Origin: an uncultured Bacilli bacterium
GTDB lineage: Bacteria > Bacillota_I > Bacilli_A > RF39 > UBA660
Length of the DNA: 64,000 nucleotides
Assembly (NCBI GenBank): GCA_934085675.1
Contig: CAKOHH010000005.1
Location: forward strand, 899 to 64,898
Reading direction: 5' to 3'
Positions 28,440 through 38,920 of the stretch are shown here, one piece after another; the first letter of the stretch is position 1, and each line of letters opens with the position of its first letter. The position numbers and the translations under genes were made by a program. The notes beneath the pieces were generated by a model, which worked only from the letters and a program-made list of their open reading frames with translations, was not told the DNA's origin and made no database searches.

Positions 28440-28655
28440 ATGGCAGAATTTAGAAGAAAAAAGAAAAAAATTTGTCAAATGTGTGCTGGTAAAAGTGTTG
28501 ATTACAAAGATGTTATGATTATTAACAAATATATTAGTGATAAAGGAAAAATTTTACCAAGACGTATGACTGGTGCTTGTGCTAAACACCAAAGACATAT
28601 CGCTGAACAAATTAAATATGCAAGATTTATGGCTTTAATACCATACGTTAAATAA
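28440..28655 (+). CDS. rpsR: 30S ribosomal protein S18
   Basis: [11 protein letters not shown]...DYKD...[29 protein letters not shown]. Confidence 0.97.
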   Translation: MAEFRRKKKKICQMCAGKSVDYKDVMIINKYISDKGKILPRRMTGACAKHQRHIAEQIKYARFMALIPYVK

Positions 28656-28686
28656 AACATTTCTGAAAGTGAAATGTTTTTTTTTA
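28655..28686 (+). terminator. Rho-independent terminator after rpsR
   Basis: AAACATTTC/GAAATGTTT perfect 9-bp stem, 7-nt loop, T-tract. Confidence 0.8.
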
Positions 28687-28733
28687 ACACAATTAATGTT
28701 ATAATATGAAAGCAAAAGAAAGCGGTGATAAAA

Positions 28734-29174
28734 ATGAAAGTAATCTTATTACAAGATGTCAAAGGACAAGGAAAGAAAAATGATGTGATTAATGTTAGTG
28801 ATGGCTATGGAACTAACTACTTAATCAAAAGAGGTTTAGCCGTATTAGAAACTAAAAAAAGTAAGGAACTTTTAGATCAAAGTTTATTAGAACAACATTT
28901 AGAGGAAGAGGAAAAAATAGCAGAATGTAAAAAAATAGCTGCAGAATTAAAAAATAAAAAAATGAAATTCCAAGTTAAAACAGGTAAAGAAGACCGTGTT
29001 TTTGGAATGATATCTACAAAACAAATTAGTGATGAATTTAAAAAAATGGGATACAACATTGATAAAAAGTGTATTAAATTAGATCATCCTTTAGATTCAC
29101 TTGGTGTTCATGAAGTAACTATTGAACTCCATAAAAAAGTAGTTATTAAGTATTCTATAACTCTTACAAAATAA
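28734..29174 (+). CDS. rplI: 50S ribosomal protein L9
   Basis: [31 protein letters not shown]. Extended -10 TGtTATAAT at 28697-28705. Confidence 0.95.
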   Translation: MKVILLQDVKGQGKKNDVINVSDGYGTNYLIKRGLAVLETKKSKELLDQSLLEQHLEEEEKIAECKKIAAELKNKKMKFQVKTGKEDRVFGMISTKQISDEFKKMGYNIDKKCIKLDHPLDSLGVHEVTIELHKKVVIKYSITLTK

Positions 29175-29194
29175 AAAAGAAAGGAAGTGTTTTT

Positions 29195-30547
29195 ATGGCT
29201 ACAAGAAATATGCCCCAAAATATTGAAGCAGAAATGAGTGTTCTAGGTGTCCCATTTCTTAATCCATATGCTATGGAAAAAATAACAGAAAATTTAACCG
29301 AAGATATGTTTTTTGTAGACGCACATAGGAAAATATATAATGCTCTTGTTAGCCTTTATAAAGAAAACGTTCCTATTGATATTACAACAGTAAAAAATGA
29401 ACTGGATAAACAAAAAAACTTAAATGCTATTGGAGGTATAGACTATTTAAGTGAAGTCATTGATTCTGTAGCTACAAGTGGCAATTTAGATTATTATATT
29501 GAAATAGTCAAAGAAAAAGCAACAAGAAGAAAACTAATTGATACTGCGACAGATATTATCACAAATGCTTATAATGAAGAAGATGATTTGACTAAACTTT
29601 TAGACCAATCAGAGCAAAAATTAACACAAGTAGCAAGAGCTCGTAAAACAAGTGAGTTTAAACCTATTTCAGTTGCTTTACATGAAGCTCATGAAAACTT
29701 AGAAAGACTAAGTCAAAACAAAACGGCTGTAACAGGTGTTCCAAGTGGTTTTCCTGATTTAGACCGGGCTACCTCTGGTTTCCATGAGGGTGAACTTATT
29801 ATTTTAGCAGCTCGTCCAGGTATGGGAAAAACGGCTTTTGCTCTTAATATCGCGACAAATGCTGCTATGAAAATTGATAAAAATGTTGCCATCTTTAACT
29901 TAGAAATGAGTGCGGAACAACTCGTTAATCGTATGATAAGTGCTGTTGGGCAAATCGAAGGTGAAAAACTAAAAACCGGTATGTTAAATGACAATGATTG
30001 GAAAAGATATACAGAAGCTATGAGTGAACTTGCGGATACTAATATTTATATCGAAGATGACGCGAGTGTTACCTCTTCGGAAATCAAAGCCAAATGTCGT
30101 CGTCTTGCTGCCAGTCCAAAAGGATTAGGACTAGTCGTTATTGACTACTTACAGTTAGTTACGACAGGCGGTCGGGTTGAATCAAGACAAGTCGAGGTAT
30201 CTGAAATTTCTCGTGCCTTTAAAACAATGGCTATGGAACTTAAAGTGCCTGTTATTGCTTTAGCGCAGCTTTCCAGAAATGCTGAAAGAAGAGAATCCAA
30301 CCAACCAAGACTTGCTGACTTACGTGAATCAGGTTCTATTGAACAAGATGCCGATCTTGTAATGTTTTTAAATCGTCAAGATTATTTTGAAAATAAAACT
30401 GCAGATAACAAACAGACTATTGTTCCTGTTGATGTTATCATTGCGAAACATCGTCGTGGTAGCACTGGTTTATTTCAAATTTTATTTGAGCTTAATAAAA
30501 GCTGTTTCAAACCATATTCTCCTATTGATGAAAATTCATTTAGTTAA
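29195..30547 (+). CDS. dnaB: Replicative DNA helicase (DnaB family; DnaC in B. subtilis nomenclature)
   Basis: PQNIEAEMSVLG N-domain, Walker A ARPGMGKTAFAL, Walker B VVIDYLQL, RecA-like C-domain. Follows rplI. Confidence 0.97.
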   Translation: MATRNMPQNIEAEMSVLGVPFLNPYAMEKITENLTEDMFFVDAHRKIYNALVSLYKENVPIDITTVKNELDKQKNLNAIGGIDYLSEVIDSVATSGNLDYYIEIVKEKATRRKLIDTATDIITNAYNEEDDLTKLLDQSEQKLTQVARARKTSEFKPISVALHEAHENLERLSQNKTAVTGVPSGFPDLDRATSGFHEGELIILAARPGMGKTAFALNIATNAAMKIDKNVAIFNLEMSAEQLVNRMISAVGQIEGEKLKTGMLNDNDWKRYTEAMSELADTNIYIEDDASVTSSEIKAKCRRLAASPKGLGLVVIDYLQLVTTGGRVESRQVEVSEISRAFKTMAMELKVPVIALAQLSRNAERRESNQPRLADLRESGSIEQDADLVMFLNRQDYFENKTADNKQTIVPVDVIIAKHRRGSTGLFQILFELNKSCFKPYSPIDENSFS

Positions 30548-30616
30548 TCATTTACTTTGTAAAGTATCAAAAAATATGTTAGTATGAAACTAAGATATAA
30601 AAAGGAAGGTATCATT

Positions 30617-32152
30617 ATGCAAAGAAAGAAAGTTGCTGTTATAATTCTTAGCATTCTTACATTGTTAATAGTTGTAACAACAAGTTTAAATCATAAAAAT
30701 GTCAACCCACAAAGTGTATATCAAGTTTATTTAGATGGTGAGGTCATCGGTCTTGTTAAAGATAAAGATGAACTTTTAAATTTGATTAATGATGAACAAC
30801 AAGACATTAAAGATAAATATAAAGTTAATGAAGTTTATCCACCTAACGGGTTTAATATTGAAGAATATATTACTTATGATGATAATATTACTTCAGCAAA
30901 TAATGTATATAAAAAAATTCAAGAAAAAAGTGACTTTACTATCAAAGGTTATGTTATTACCATTACCAGAGCTAAAACAGAGTCAGAAGCTGAGAAAGTC
31001 ACTAAAATTTATGTCTTAGATGACAAAATATATTACGAAGCCGAACAAAACTTTATTCATGCTTTTGTTGATGAAGGTACTTACAATGCTTATATTACTA
31101 ATACTCAAAGTGAAATTAAAGATGTTGGCTCAATTATTAAACATATGGAATTTGGCGAAACAGTTACTGTAAAGCAAGTTAATATTTCTACAAAAGAAAA
31201 AATATTTACTGATGCCGATGAACTTACCCAATATCTTTTATATGGAAAGACAGATGCAACTTCAACTTACACCGTAAAAAAAGGAGACACTTTGGCTTCA
31301 ATTGCTAGTGCTAGTAAATTAAATGTTCAAGAACTTATCATTGCAAATCCTAAATTTAGAAGTTCTAATGCTATCTTAGCAATCGGAGACAAAGTAAAAA
31401 ATAGTTTAATTGATCCGATTTTAACTTTATATGAAGAAGTAAGAGTAACTGAGGATATTGAACAAGCTTATACCAAGAAAACCGTAACGGATAACACCAT
31501 GGCTTATAATACCACTAAGGTAACCCAAACAGGTATTACTGGTTTAGAACGTGTTACTCAAGAAATAAGAATTATCAATGGTGAAAGAGCGCAAGACTCA
31601 AATGTTATTTCAAGTGTAACGATTCGTCAGTCAGTGGATGAGATTACCTCAGTTGGACCAAAATATACGCCAATAACGACATGGGGTTCTCAAGGAAAAA
31701 GCAATTCTGTTATCAACACAGGATTATCTTGGTCATGGCCAACGAAAACACCTTATATTATTACAACCGATTATGAATATCGTTGGGGTTCTTTCCATGA
31801 CGCCTTAGATATCTCTGGTACTGGTTTTGGCTCACCAATTTATGCCGCCCGTGCTGGTGAGGTTGTCGAAGTTTATACCTCATGTGCTAACTATGGCTGG
31901 TATGGCAGTATGTGTGGGGGCTCTTATGGAAACCATATTATTATTCGTCATGATAATAATTACTATACAATGTACGCCCATTTAAAAAGCGATTTATTAG
32001 TCTCAGTTGGTTCTCACGTTTCACAAGGACAACAAATTGGCTACATGGGTAGTAGTGGTTCATCTACCGGAACCCATCTTCACTTTGGTTTCTCAGTAGG
32101 TTATCCACATCATGGAGGAACATGGTATAGTCCATGGAGTTTGTACCGATGA
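30617..32152 (+). CDS. M23 peptidoglycan DD-metalloendopeptidase with LysM domain
   Basis: N-terminal TM, LysM (YTVKKGDTLASIASASKLNVQELIIANP), M23 motifs HDALDI...HLHFG. Confidence 0.85.
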   Translation: MQRKKVAVIILSILTLLIVVTTSLNHKNVNPQSVYQVYLDGEVIGLVKDKDELLNLINDEQQDIKDKYKVNEVYPPNGFNIEEYITYDDNITSANNVYKKIQEKSDFTIKGYVITITRAKTESEAEKVTKIYVLDDKIYYEAEQNFIHAFVDEGTYNAYITNTQSEIKDVGSIIKHMEFGETVTVKQVNISTKEKIFTDADELTQYLLYGKTDATSTYTVKKGDTLASIASASKLNVQELIIANPKFRSSNAILAIGDKVKNSLIDPILTLYEEVRVTEDIEQAYTKKTVTDNTMAYNTTKVTQTGITGLERVTQEIRIINGERAQDSNVISSVTIRQSVDEITSVGPKYTPITTWGSQGKSNSVINTGLSWSWPTKTPYIITTDYEYRWGSFHDALDISGTGFGSPIYAARAGEVVEVYTSCANYGWYGSMCGGSYGNHIIIRHDNNYYTMYAHLKSDLLVSVGSHVSQGQQIGYMGSSGSSTGTHLHFGFSVGYPHHGGTWYSPWSLYR

Positions 32153-32931
32153 AGGCATATGTATTGGCAAGTGGGAGTGAAGGTAATTCTACCTTCTTTT
32201 CTCATAATAACTGTAATATTTTAATTGATATTGGTAAAAATGCAAAATACATCAGTGAACACTTAAAAGAAATTAATGTCGAACCAGCAAAAATAGATGC
32301 CATCTTAATAAGTCATACTCATGATGACCATGTGACAGCTTTGAAAGTATTTTTAAAGAAAAATCATCCTAAAGTTTATATTACTGAAAAAATGTACTAT
32401 GACTTAGAATACTTAAAAGACTATGATAATTTAGTTATTTATGATGATGATTTTTACATTGGTAACATTAAGGTGACTACGATAAAAACAAGTCACGATG
32501 TATCAGATTCTAGAAATTTCCTTCTTTCTTGGGATAATGAATCTTTAGTTTATTTAACTGACACCGGTTACTTAAATCGAAAATACTTTAGTCTTTTGGA
32601 AAATGCCAGTTTTTATCTTATTGAAAGCAACCATGATATAGAAATGCTTTTAAATGGACCTTATCCTAAATGGTTAAAAGAAAGAGTTTTAGGCACTTCG
32701 GGACACTTATCAAATAAAGATAGTAGTTTCTATTTAACAAAATTAGTAGGAGAAAAAACTAAAAAAATAGTCCTTATGCATTTATCACATACTAATAATA
32801 CCGAAGAAAAAGCTTTAGAAACTTTAGAAGAAACATTTAAAGAATACGAAAAAGAATTGCCACCTACCATTTGTGCTAAACAAAATTTTATCACGGAGGT
32901 TTTTGATGATAAAAATATTATGTCTCGGTAA
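32149..32931 (+). CDS. walJ: MBL-fold metallo-hydrolase, YycJ/WalJ-like
   Basis: HTHDDH motif, LASGSEGNS start. Sits immediately upstream of rlmH as yycJ does in Bacillus. ATGA overlap with the M23 gene. Confidence 0.7.
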   Translation: MKAYVLASGSEGNSTFFSHNNCNILIDIGKNAKYISEHLKEINVEPAKIDAILISHTHDDHVTALKVFLKKNHPKVYITEKMYYDLEYLKDYDNLVIYDDDFYIGNIKVTTIKTSHDVSDSRNFLLSWDNESLVYLTDTGYLNRKYFSLLENASFYLIESNHDIEMLLNGPYPKWLKERVLGTSGHLSNKDSSFYLTKLVGEKTKKIVLMHLSHTNNTEEKALETLEETFKEYEKELPPTICAKQNFITEVFDDKNIMSR

Positions 32932-33343
32932 AATAAAAGAACCTTATTTAAATGCTTTAATTGCTGATTATCAAAAAAGAATTTCCAAGTATCACCCTTT
33001 AGAAATTATTGAATTAAAAGATACGGGAAATATCGAAGAAGAAAAAAGAAGTCTTTTAAAACATATAAGTTCCAAAGATTATATCATTACTTTAGAAATA
33101 GAAGGTGAAAAACTAACAAGTGAAGCCTTTGCTTCTAAAATAGAAAAAACTTTTATCTATTACCCTAATATTACTTTTGTTATTGGAAGTTCTTTAGGAC
33201 TTCATCCAGATATCAAAAAAATAAGCAATTTTGCTCTTTCTTTTTCTTCATTAACTTTTCCTCATGGTCTTTTTCGAGGAATATTATTAGAACAAATTTA
33301 TCGGGCATTTAAGATAATAAATCACGAAACATATCATAAGTAG
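32906..33343 (+). CDS. rlmH: 23S rRNA (pseudouridine1915-N3)-methyltransferase
   Basis: MIKILCLGKIKEPY start with a GGAGG SD. SPOUT C-terminus (FSSLTFPHGLFRGILLEQIYRA). Confidence 0.93.
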   Translation: MIKILCLGKIKEPYLNALIADYQKRISKYHPLEIIELKDTGNIEEEKRSLLKHISSKDYIITLEIEGEKLTSEAFASKIEKTFIYYPNITFVIGSSLGLHPDIKKISNFALSFSSLTFPHGLFRGILLEQIYRAFKIINHETYHK

Positions 33344-33356
33344 GAAGGATGATAAA

Positions 33357-34022
33357 ATGATAGGTAACGATTGGGATGAAAAATTAAAATTAATTGAAGA
33401 AAGTGAAGGATTCAAAAACTTTATGAGTTTAGTGGATTATGAATATATATGTAAAACCATTTATCCACCTCGTAACTATATTTTTAATGCTTTAAAATTA
33501 ACTCCTTACAAAGATGTCAGAGTAGTTATTATGGGTCAAGATCCATATCATGGTGAAAATGAAGCTCATGGTCTTTCTTTCTCTGTCCAAAAAGGAATAA
33601 AAATTCCTCCCTCACTTCAAAATATTTATAAAGAACTTTATAATGATTTAGGAATACCACCTCAAAAAGATGGTGACCTTACAGGTTGGGCAAAAGAAGG
33701 TGTATTACTTTTAAATGCTGTCTTAACCGTAGAAAAAGATAAACCTGCTTCCCATCGAAATTTAGGCTGGGAAAGACTAACGGATTACATTATTGAACTT
33801 GTTAATCAAAAAGAAGAACCAGTGGTATTCATTTTATGGGGAAATTTTGCAAGAGAAAAGAAAAAATTTATTACTAATCCTATTCACTGCATTATTGAAT
33901 CTCCCCATCCGAGTCCTTTCGCGGCTAGAACGGGTTTCTTTGGAAGTCATCCTTTTTCCAGAACTAACGAATTTTTGAAAAGTAAAGGTCTTAAAGAAAT
34001 TAACTGGGCTCGTCATGAGTAA
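33357..34022 (+). CDS. ung: Uracil-DNA glycosylase (family 1)
   Basis: VVIMGQDPYHG water-activating loop, HPSPF(A) motif. Confidence 0.95.
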   Translation: MIGNDWDEKLKLIEESEGFKNFMSLVDYEYICKTIYPPRNYIFNALKLTPYKDVRVVIMGQDPYHGENEAHGLSFSVQKGIKIPPSLQNIYKELYNDLGIPPQKDGDLTGWAKEGVLLLNAVLTVEKDKPASHRNLGWERLTDYIIELVNQKEEPVVFILWGNFAREKKKFITNPIHCIIESPHPSPFAARTGFFGSHPFSRTNEFLKSKGLKEINWARHE

Positions 34023-34047
34023 AGAAAAAGAATTAATGAATCCATCA

Positions 34048-34578
34048 CTAATTCTTTTTTTGTAGTAATAAACTCATTAATTCAGATACCGCATAAATAA
34101 TGAGAACAATACCTAAGAAAATAAACAAGACATTATCTGTGAAAATTGTGTAAAAAGCAAGTAGGATAATAATGATACTGCTAATGATTTCGCTTAAATA
34201 TTTTTTCTCACTAAAGCCTTTGTATATGGTAGCGTTTTGTAATTTTTCAAGACCAATAAAAATAAGCCAAATACCGGTAACTACTTGAATAGCATTGGTT
34301 AAAAAATTAGATAAAATAATAACCAAAATACCTACGACCATACTTGTAATGGCACTTTTTAAAAGCTCACCGTGAATAATATTGCTTTTTTTCTTTAAAG
34401 CATAGTAATGATACATCTTATAAATGCCATATAAAAAAATTAATAAGCCACAAATATTAAAAATAAAAACAATTAAATTTTTGGAATTAAAGGTTAAAAT
34501 AATTCCTAAAATCAGTAAAAAAATATTACTAATAATGTTGCTTTTTTGAGGTTCATCTTTAATAACAGTTACTTTCAT
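34048..34578 (-). CDS. Polytopic small membrane protein (HdeD/DUF308-like)
   Basis: About six hydrophobic helices with repeated G-rich TM pattern. Family assignment is tentative. Confidence 0.4.
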   Translation of the reverse strand: MKVTVIKDEPQKSNIISNIFLLILGIILTFNSKNLIVFIFNICGLLIFLYGIYKMYHYYALKKKSNIIHGELLKSAITSMVVGILVIILSNFLTNAIQVVTGIWLIFIGLEKLQNATIYKGFSEKKYLSEIISSIIIILLAFYTIFTDNVLFIFLGIVLIIYAVSELMSLLLQKKN

Positions 34579-34656
34579 TAAGGCTCCTTTCTAGAAACAT
34601 TATAGCATAAAATTTTGGGGTGTGTTATAATTAACTAAAGTTAAAAGAGGTTTGCT

Positions 34657-36348
34657 ATGAATAAAGAAATGATATTAAATTTATTACGACAATATGGCTT
34701 TGGCTTAAATCAAAAAGACCCTTATTTATATGATGGTGAACTGGGTTTAGGTATTGTTTATTCTTTTAAAGATCCTTTTTATGGAATGTTAACAAGAGTA
34801 TATCAAGCTTTTTCTTTAAAAGAATATGAAGACTTTTTAAATAAATACTCTTGGTACAAAAAAAATGGTCAAAAAACTCGTGTTAAAATTTGTTTAGAAA
34901 ATTATAAAGAAATTATGGCTAATCCTAAATTTATCTATCAAGGAAAAGAAAAAAATTATCAAGAATTACAAGATATTGCTCAAAATAAAAAAGAAACGGT
35001 TTTAAAAGAAAAAAATTATATCAAAAAATTACGTAGAACAGTTAATATTCTTATGCAAATCTTGGATATTAAAAGAAAACTCCAAATAGAAACAAGAAAA
35101 AACTACGAAGAATTTTATCAAAATTATATTACAAAAAAAGAAGCCTTTGAAAAAGAATTAGCAAATTATCTAAAAGAAAAACAAGAAGAAAAAGAAACTT
35201 CATTGCCACCTTTTATAGAAGATTTAAAAGATGTAGAAATTAATAAATTACGTTCAGAATTAGAAAAAGACCTAACCAAAGAAGAATTAGAACAACAAAT
35301 TTATAACTTGACCGATTTTATTAAAGAATTAGAAGTAGATGAAGAATACTTAAAAAATAAATATCAATTAATTTGTTTACCGTTACAAATTAAAGAAATC
35401 AAAGAAAAAGAACAAGTATTAGAAAGTTATAAAAAGAAAATATCTTTATTTAATAAAAGGGAAAAACTACTAAAAGAATTACAAGATATAGAAGAAAAAA
35501 GTACCTTAAAAAGCATTGTTACTTATAAACATTATAAAGAAAACGAAGAAAAAAGAATCATAGAAAAATATGCCATGATACCTGATTTAGACATGCGCAC
35601 CATTGGCGATTTTTTAGCAGAGTTTGATAACATTAAATTTGAAGAGATGACTTATACAAGTGAAGAAAAAGAAGAATATTCTTTTGAAGAAATCATGGAA
35701 GAAGTAGAAAGCGATTATCAAAATAGAAGCAAAGAAGAACAAGATTTTTTAGTGGGCTATTCTTATTTGTTAAATGTGATAAAGACCAATCGTGTTTCTG
35801 AATTTTTTAACATGTTAAGAAATCCAAATAATGTTATGGTGCGAGTGAAATATTTTCAAGATATCGATTTTACGAGTGAAAATAAATGTGCTTTAACAAT
35901 TAAAAAATATATGAAAAAAATTAATAGTATTATTTCTTATCCACTTATCGGCAATTTAAATGTTTTCTTTATTGATAATAAAATTATGACATCAGATAAA
36001 GTGATTAAAGCTTCTTCTAAAAAAGCTCAGGCCCCTGTTTTAACAAATGGTGATGAAGTTACATATGTTTGCAATTTAAAAAAAGGCATATCTACTTATT
36101 TTATACCTTGTGAGTTAAAAGAAGATATTTATAACGATGGTAATTTAATTCTTGCATCTGACCGTTCCTTATTTTTAATTGATTTAAGTAATTTAGTTAT
36201 AAAAAAAGACAATGATGACATGTTAAAAGTAGTACAATATGAAATGGTTAAAGAAATGAAAGAAGATTATTTACAGGCTGATGATTTTAACAGTAAGAAA
36301 ATTTTAATGTATCGAAATATTACAATAGAAAGAGGAAATGAAATATGA
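34657..36348 (+). CDS. Hypothetical 563-aa protein with long Lys/Glu-rich coiled-coil centre
   Basis: Long intact ORF and no motif I recognise. ATGA-coupled to the downstream HAAS/DUF1700-like gene. Confidence 0.5.
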   Translation: MNKEMILNLLRQYGFGLNQKDPYLYDGELGLGIVYSFKDPFYGMLTRVYQAFSLKEYEDFLNKYSWYKKNGQKTRVKICLENYKEIMANPKFIYQGKEKNYQELQDIAQNKKETVLKEKNYIKKLRRTVNILMQILDIKRKLQIETRKNYEEFYQNYITKKEAFEKELANYLKEKQEEKETSLPPFIEDLKDVEINKLRSELEKDLTKEELEQQIYNLTDFIKELEVDEEYLKNKYQLICLPLQIKEIKEKEQVLESYKKKISLFNKREKLLKELQDIEEKSTLKSIVTYKHYKENEEKRIIEKYAMIPDLDMRTIGDFLAEFDNIKFEEMTYTSEEKEEYSFEEIMEEVESDYQNRSKEEQDFLVGYSYLLNVIKTNRVSEFFNMLRNPNNVMVRVKYFQDIDFTSENKCALTIKKYMKKINSIISYPLIGNLNVFFIDNKIMTSDKVIKASSKKAQAPVLTNGDEVTYVCNLKKGISTYFIPCELKEDIYNDGNLILASDRSLFLIDLSNLVIKKDNDDMLKVVQYEMVKEMKEDYLQADDFNSKKILMYRNITIERGNEI

Positions 36349-36935
36349 AATTTAATGAATTTAAACAAAAATTAAAAAACAAATTAGATATTTTAACACC
36401 AAAAGCCTTTGATGAGGAAATGAAAAACTATGAAAACACCTTAAATAGAGAATTAGAAAATGGTATGAACGAAGAAGAAATTGTTTTATCTTTTGGTAAT
36501 CTTGATTTTATTGTGGATAACATCTTAGAAAAAAGAGGTATTGATAAGGCAAAAATATCAAATCATAAATTTTTATATAAAGAATTTGAACGACTATTTA
36601 CTTCCATTCACAACCTAGTGGATGTGATGGCTAAAAATGATATGAAAGAAAACGCTAAAATTATATTAGACCTTCTTGTTTTAATAGCCTTTATTTGCTT
36701 ATTAAAGATTCCTTTTTTGTTTATTCAAAACATTGGTGATGATCTATTACTATCCTTTAACCAACCAATTTTATTAGAAATCGGTCATTTTATTTTAGAA
36801 ATTGTTTATATAGTTGTGGCTTTAATGTTCTTTATGAATATTTTTAATAAATGGTTCAGTAATTTGAAAAATAAAAAAAGAGTTAAAATTGAAGGAAAAG
36901 AACTTGAAGCAGTTTCGCTTAAGGAGAGTAAGTAG
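36345..36935 (+). CDS. DUF1700/HAAS-domain membrane protein
   Basis: The N-terminal helical pattern (FKQKLKNKL...EEMKNYENTL...GMNEEEIVLSFGNLDFIV) matches the DUF1700 layout. Two C-terminal TM helices. Confidence 0.55.
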   Translation: MKFNEFKQKLKNKLDILTPKAFDEEMKNYENTLNRELENGMNEEEIVLSFGNLDFIVDNILEKRGIDKAKISNHKFLYKEFERLFTSIHNLVDVMAKNDMKENAKIILDLLVLIAFICLLKIPFLFIQNIGDDLLLSFNQPILLEIGHFILEIVYIVVALMFFMNIFNKWFSNLKNKKRVKIEGKELEAVSLKESK

Positions 36936-37012
36936 CCACTCTTTTTTTCTTGCAAAAAGACGTGTTTTGTTGTAAACTCTATTAAGTATTCATTTTGAAG
37001 GGGATGAGTTTA

Positions 37013-38815
37013 ATGGATAAAATTATTAATATAGCAGTTGTTGCCCATGTAGATGCGGGAAAAAGTACTCTTGTTGATGCATTACTAAAACAAAATGGTG
37101 TTTTTAAAGCTCATGAAGAAGTTGGCGAACTTATCATGGATAGTGATTCTATTGAAAAAGAAAGAGGAATTACTATTTACTCTAAAAACTGTTCCATTAA
37201 ATATAAAGACTATAAAATTAATATCGTAGATACACCAGGCCATGCTGATTTTTCAAGTGAGGTAGAACGTGTTATTAAAACAGTAGATACCGTTGTTTTA
37301 ATCGTGGACTCAAAAGAAGGACCAATGCCTCAAACAAGATTTGTTTTGAAAAAAGCCTTAGAGCAAAATTTACGGCCAATTTTATTTATTAATAAGATTG
37401 ATAAGAAAGATGCACGTCCAACTGAAGTTGTTGATATGACCTTTAATTTATTTATGGAATTAAATGCTACTGATGAACAATTAGATTTCCCAATTGTTTA
37501 TGGCATTGCTAAAGACGGAAAAATTGGTTTCTCACCTGATAAATTGGAAGACACAGTAGAACCATTACTAGAAACTATTTTAAAACAAGTTCCTGCCTAT
37601 AAAGGTGATGAAAATGATCCATTACAACTTCAAGTAAGTAATCTTGATTATGATAATTTCTTAGGACGTTTAGGTATTGGTAGAATTTCAAAAGGCTCTA
37701 TTAAAAATGGCGAGATGGTTTCACTTGCTCGTAATGATGGAAAAGTAGAATCTTTCAGAGTTACTAAATTATATGTAACAGAAGGTATCAAAAGGGTAGA
37801 AAAAGAAAAGGCTTACTTTGGCGATATTGTTACTATTGCTGGTTGTCCTGATATCAGTATTGGAGATACCATTTGTTTAAAAGACCATATTGAACCTCTT
37901 CCTCCAATTCATATTGAAAAACCAACTTTGTCTATGAATTTCTTAGTTAATAATGGACCTTTCGTGGGTAAAAGTGGTAAATTTTTAACATCTCGTCATT
38001 TAAGAGAAAGACTTGAAAGAGAACTTGAAACTAACGTTGGTTTACTTGTTGAAGAACTTCCTAATTCAGATGGTTTCAAAGTAAGTGGTCGTGGAGAATT
38101 ACACTTATCTATATTACTTGAAAATATGCGCCGTGAAGGCTACGAACTTTGCGTTTCAAAACCAGAAGTTTTATTAGAAGAACGTGATGGCAAGAAATAT
38201 GAACCATTTGAAAGAGTTATTATCAATTGCCCATCTGAATATCAAGGTACTGTTATTAATGATTTACAAGAAAGAAAAGCTACTTTAGAAATTGTTAGTA
38301 CGACAGATGAAGGTTATTCACACTTAGAATTTTCTGCTCCAACTAGAGGACTCCTTGGCTATCGTAGTGCATTCATTACCAATACTAAAGGTGAAGGTAT
38401 CATGATTCGTAGTTTTGAAGATTACAAACCTTATGTTGGTGATGTTATTCGTCGTAAAAATGGCGTTCTTGTATCCATGGAAAATGGTAAAACTTTAGGT
38501 TACTCTTTATATAACTTACAAGACCGTGGAACTCTTATTGTAGGACCTGCTAAAGATGTTTATGTAGGTATGATTATTGGTATTCATAACCGCGATAACG
38601 ACTTAGATGTTAACCCTTGTAAAAATAAAGAAATGTCTAATACGAGAAGTAAAGCAAGTGATGACGCGATTGCTCTTGTACCACCACGTATTTTTACATT
38701 AGAAGAAGCATTAGAATTTATTGAAAGTGATGAATATGTCGAGGTAACTCCTGATGATATTCGTTTAAGAAAAGCTATTTTAGACCCTAAAATGCGTTTT
38801 AGAAATAATCGCTAA
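37013..38815 (+). CDS. typA: Translational GTPase TypA/BipA
   Basis: NIAVVAHVDAGKST G1, DTPGHADF G3, NKIDK G4. EF-G-like domains without domain IV. Confidence 0.97.
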   Translation: MDKIINIAVVAHVDAGKSTLVDALLKQNGVFKAHEEVGELIMDSDSIEKERGITIYSKNCSIKYKDYKINIVDTPGHADFSSEVERVIKTVDTVVLIVDSKEGPMPQTRFVLKKALEQNLRPILFINKIDKKDARPTEVVDMTFNLFMELNATDEQLDFPIVYGIAKDGKIGFSPDKLEDTVEPLLETILKQVPAYKGDENDPLQLQVSNLDYDNFLGRLGIGRISKGSIKNGEMVSLARNDGKVESFRVTKLYVTEGIKRVEKEKAYFGDIVTIAGCPDISIGDTICLKDHIEPLPPIHIEKPTLSMNFLVNNGPFVGKSGKFLTSRHLRERLERELETNVGLLVEELPNSDGFKVSGRGELHLSILLENMRREGYELCVSKPEVLLEERDGKKYEPFERVIINCPSEYQGTVINDLQERKATLEIVSTTDEGYSHLEFSAPTRGLLGYRSAFITNTKGEGIMIRSFEDYKPYVGDVIRRKNGVLVSMENGKTLGYSLYNLQDRGTLIVGPAKDVYVGMIIGIHNRDNDLDVNPCKNKEMSNTRSKASDDAIALVPPRIFTLEEALEFIESDEYVEVTPDDIRLRKAILDPKMRFRNNR

Positions 38816-38837
38816 TTTAAATAAATATAAGAAAAAT

Positions 38838-38862
38838 CTTCACTTTTTAGTGGAGTTTTTTT
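38838..38862 (+). terminator. Rho-independent terminator after typA
   Basis: CTTCACT/AGTGGAG stem followed by a T-tract. Confidence 0.7.
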
Positions 38863-38920
38863 CCTCTTTAAAAATAAAATGATTTACGATATAATAAGTA
38901 TACAAAAGTTGGTGAAATAA

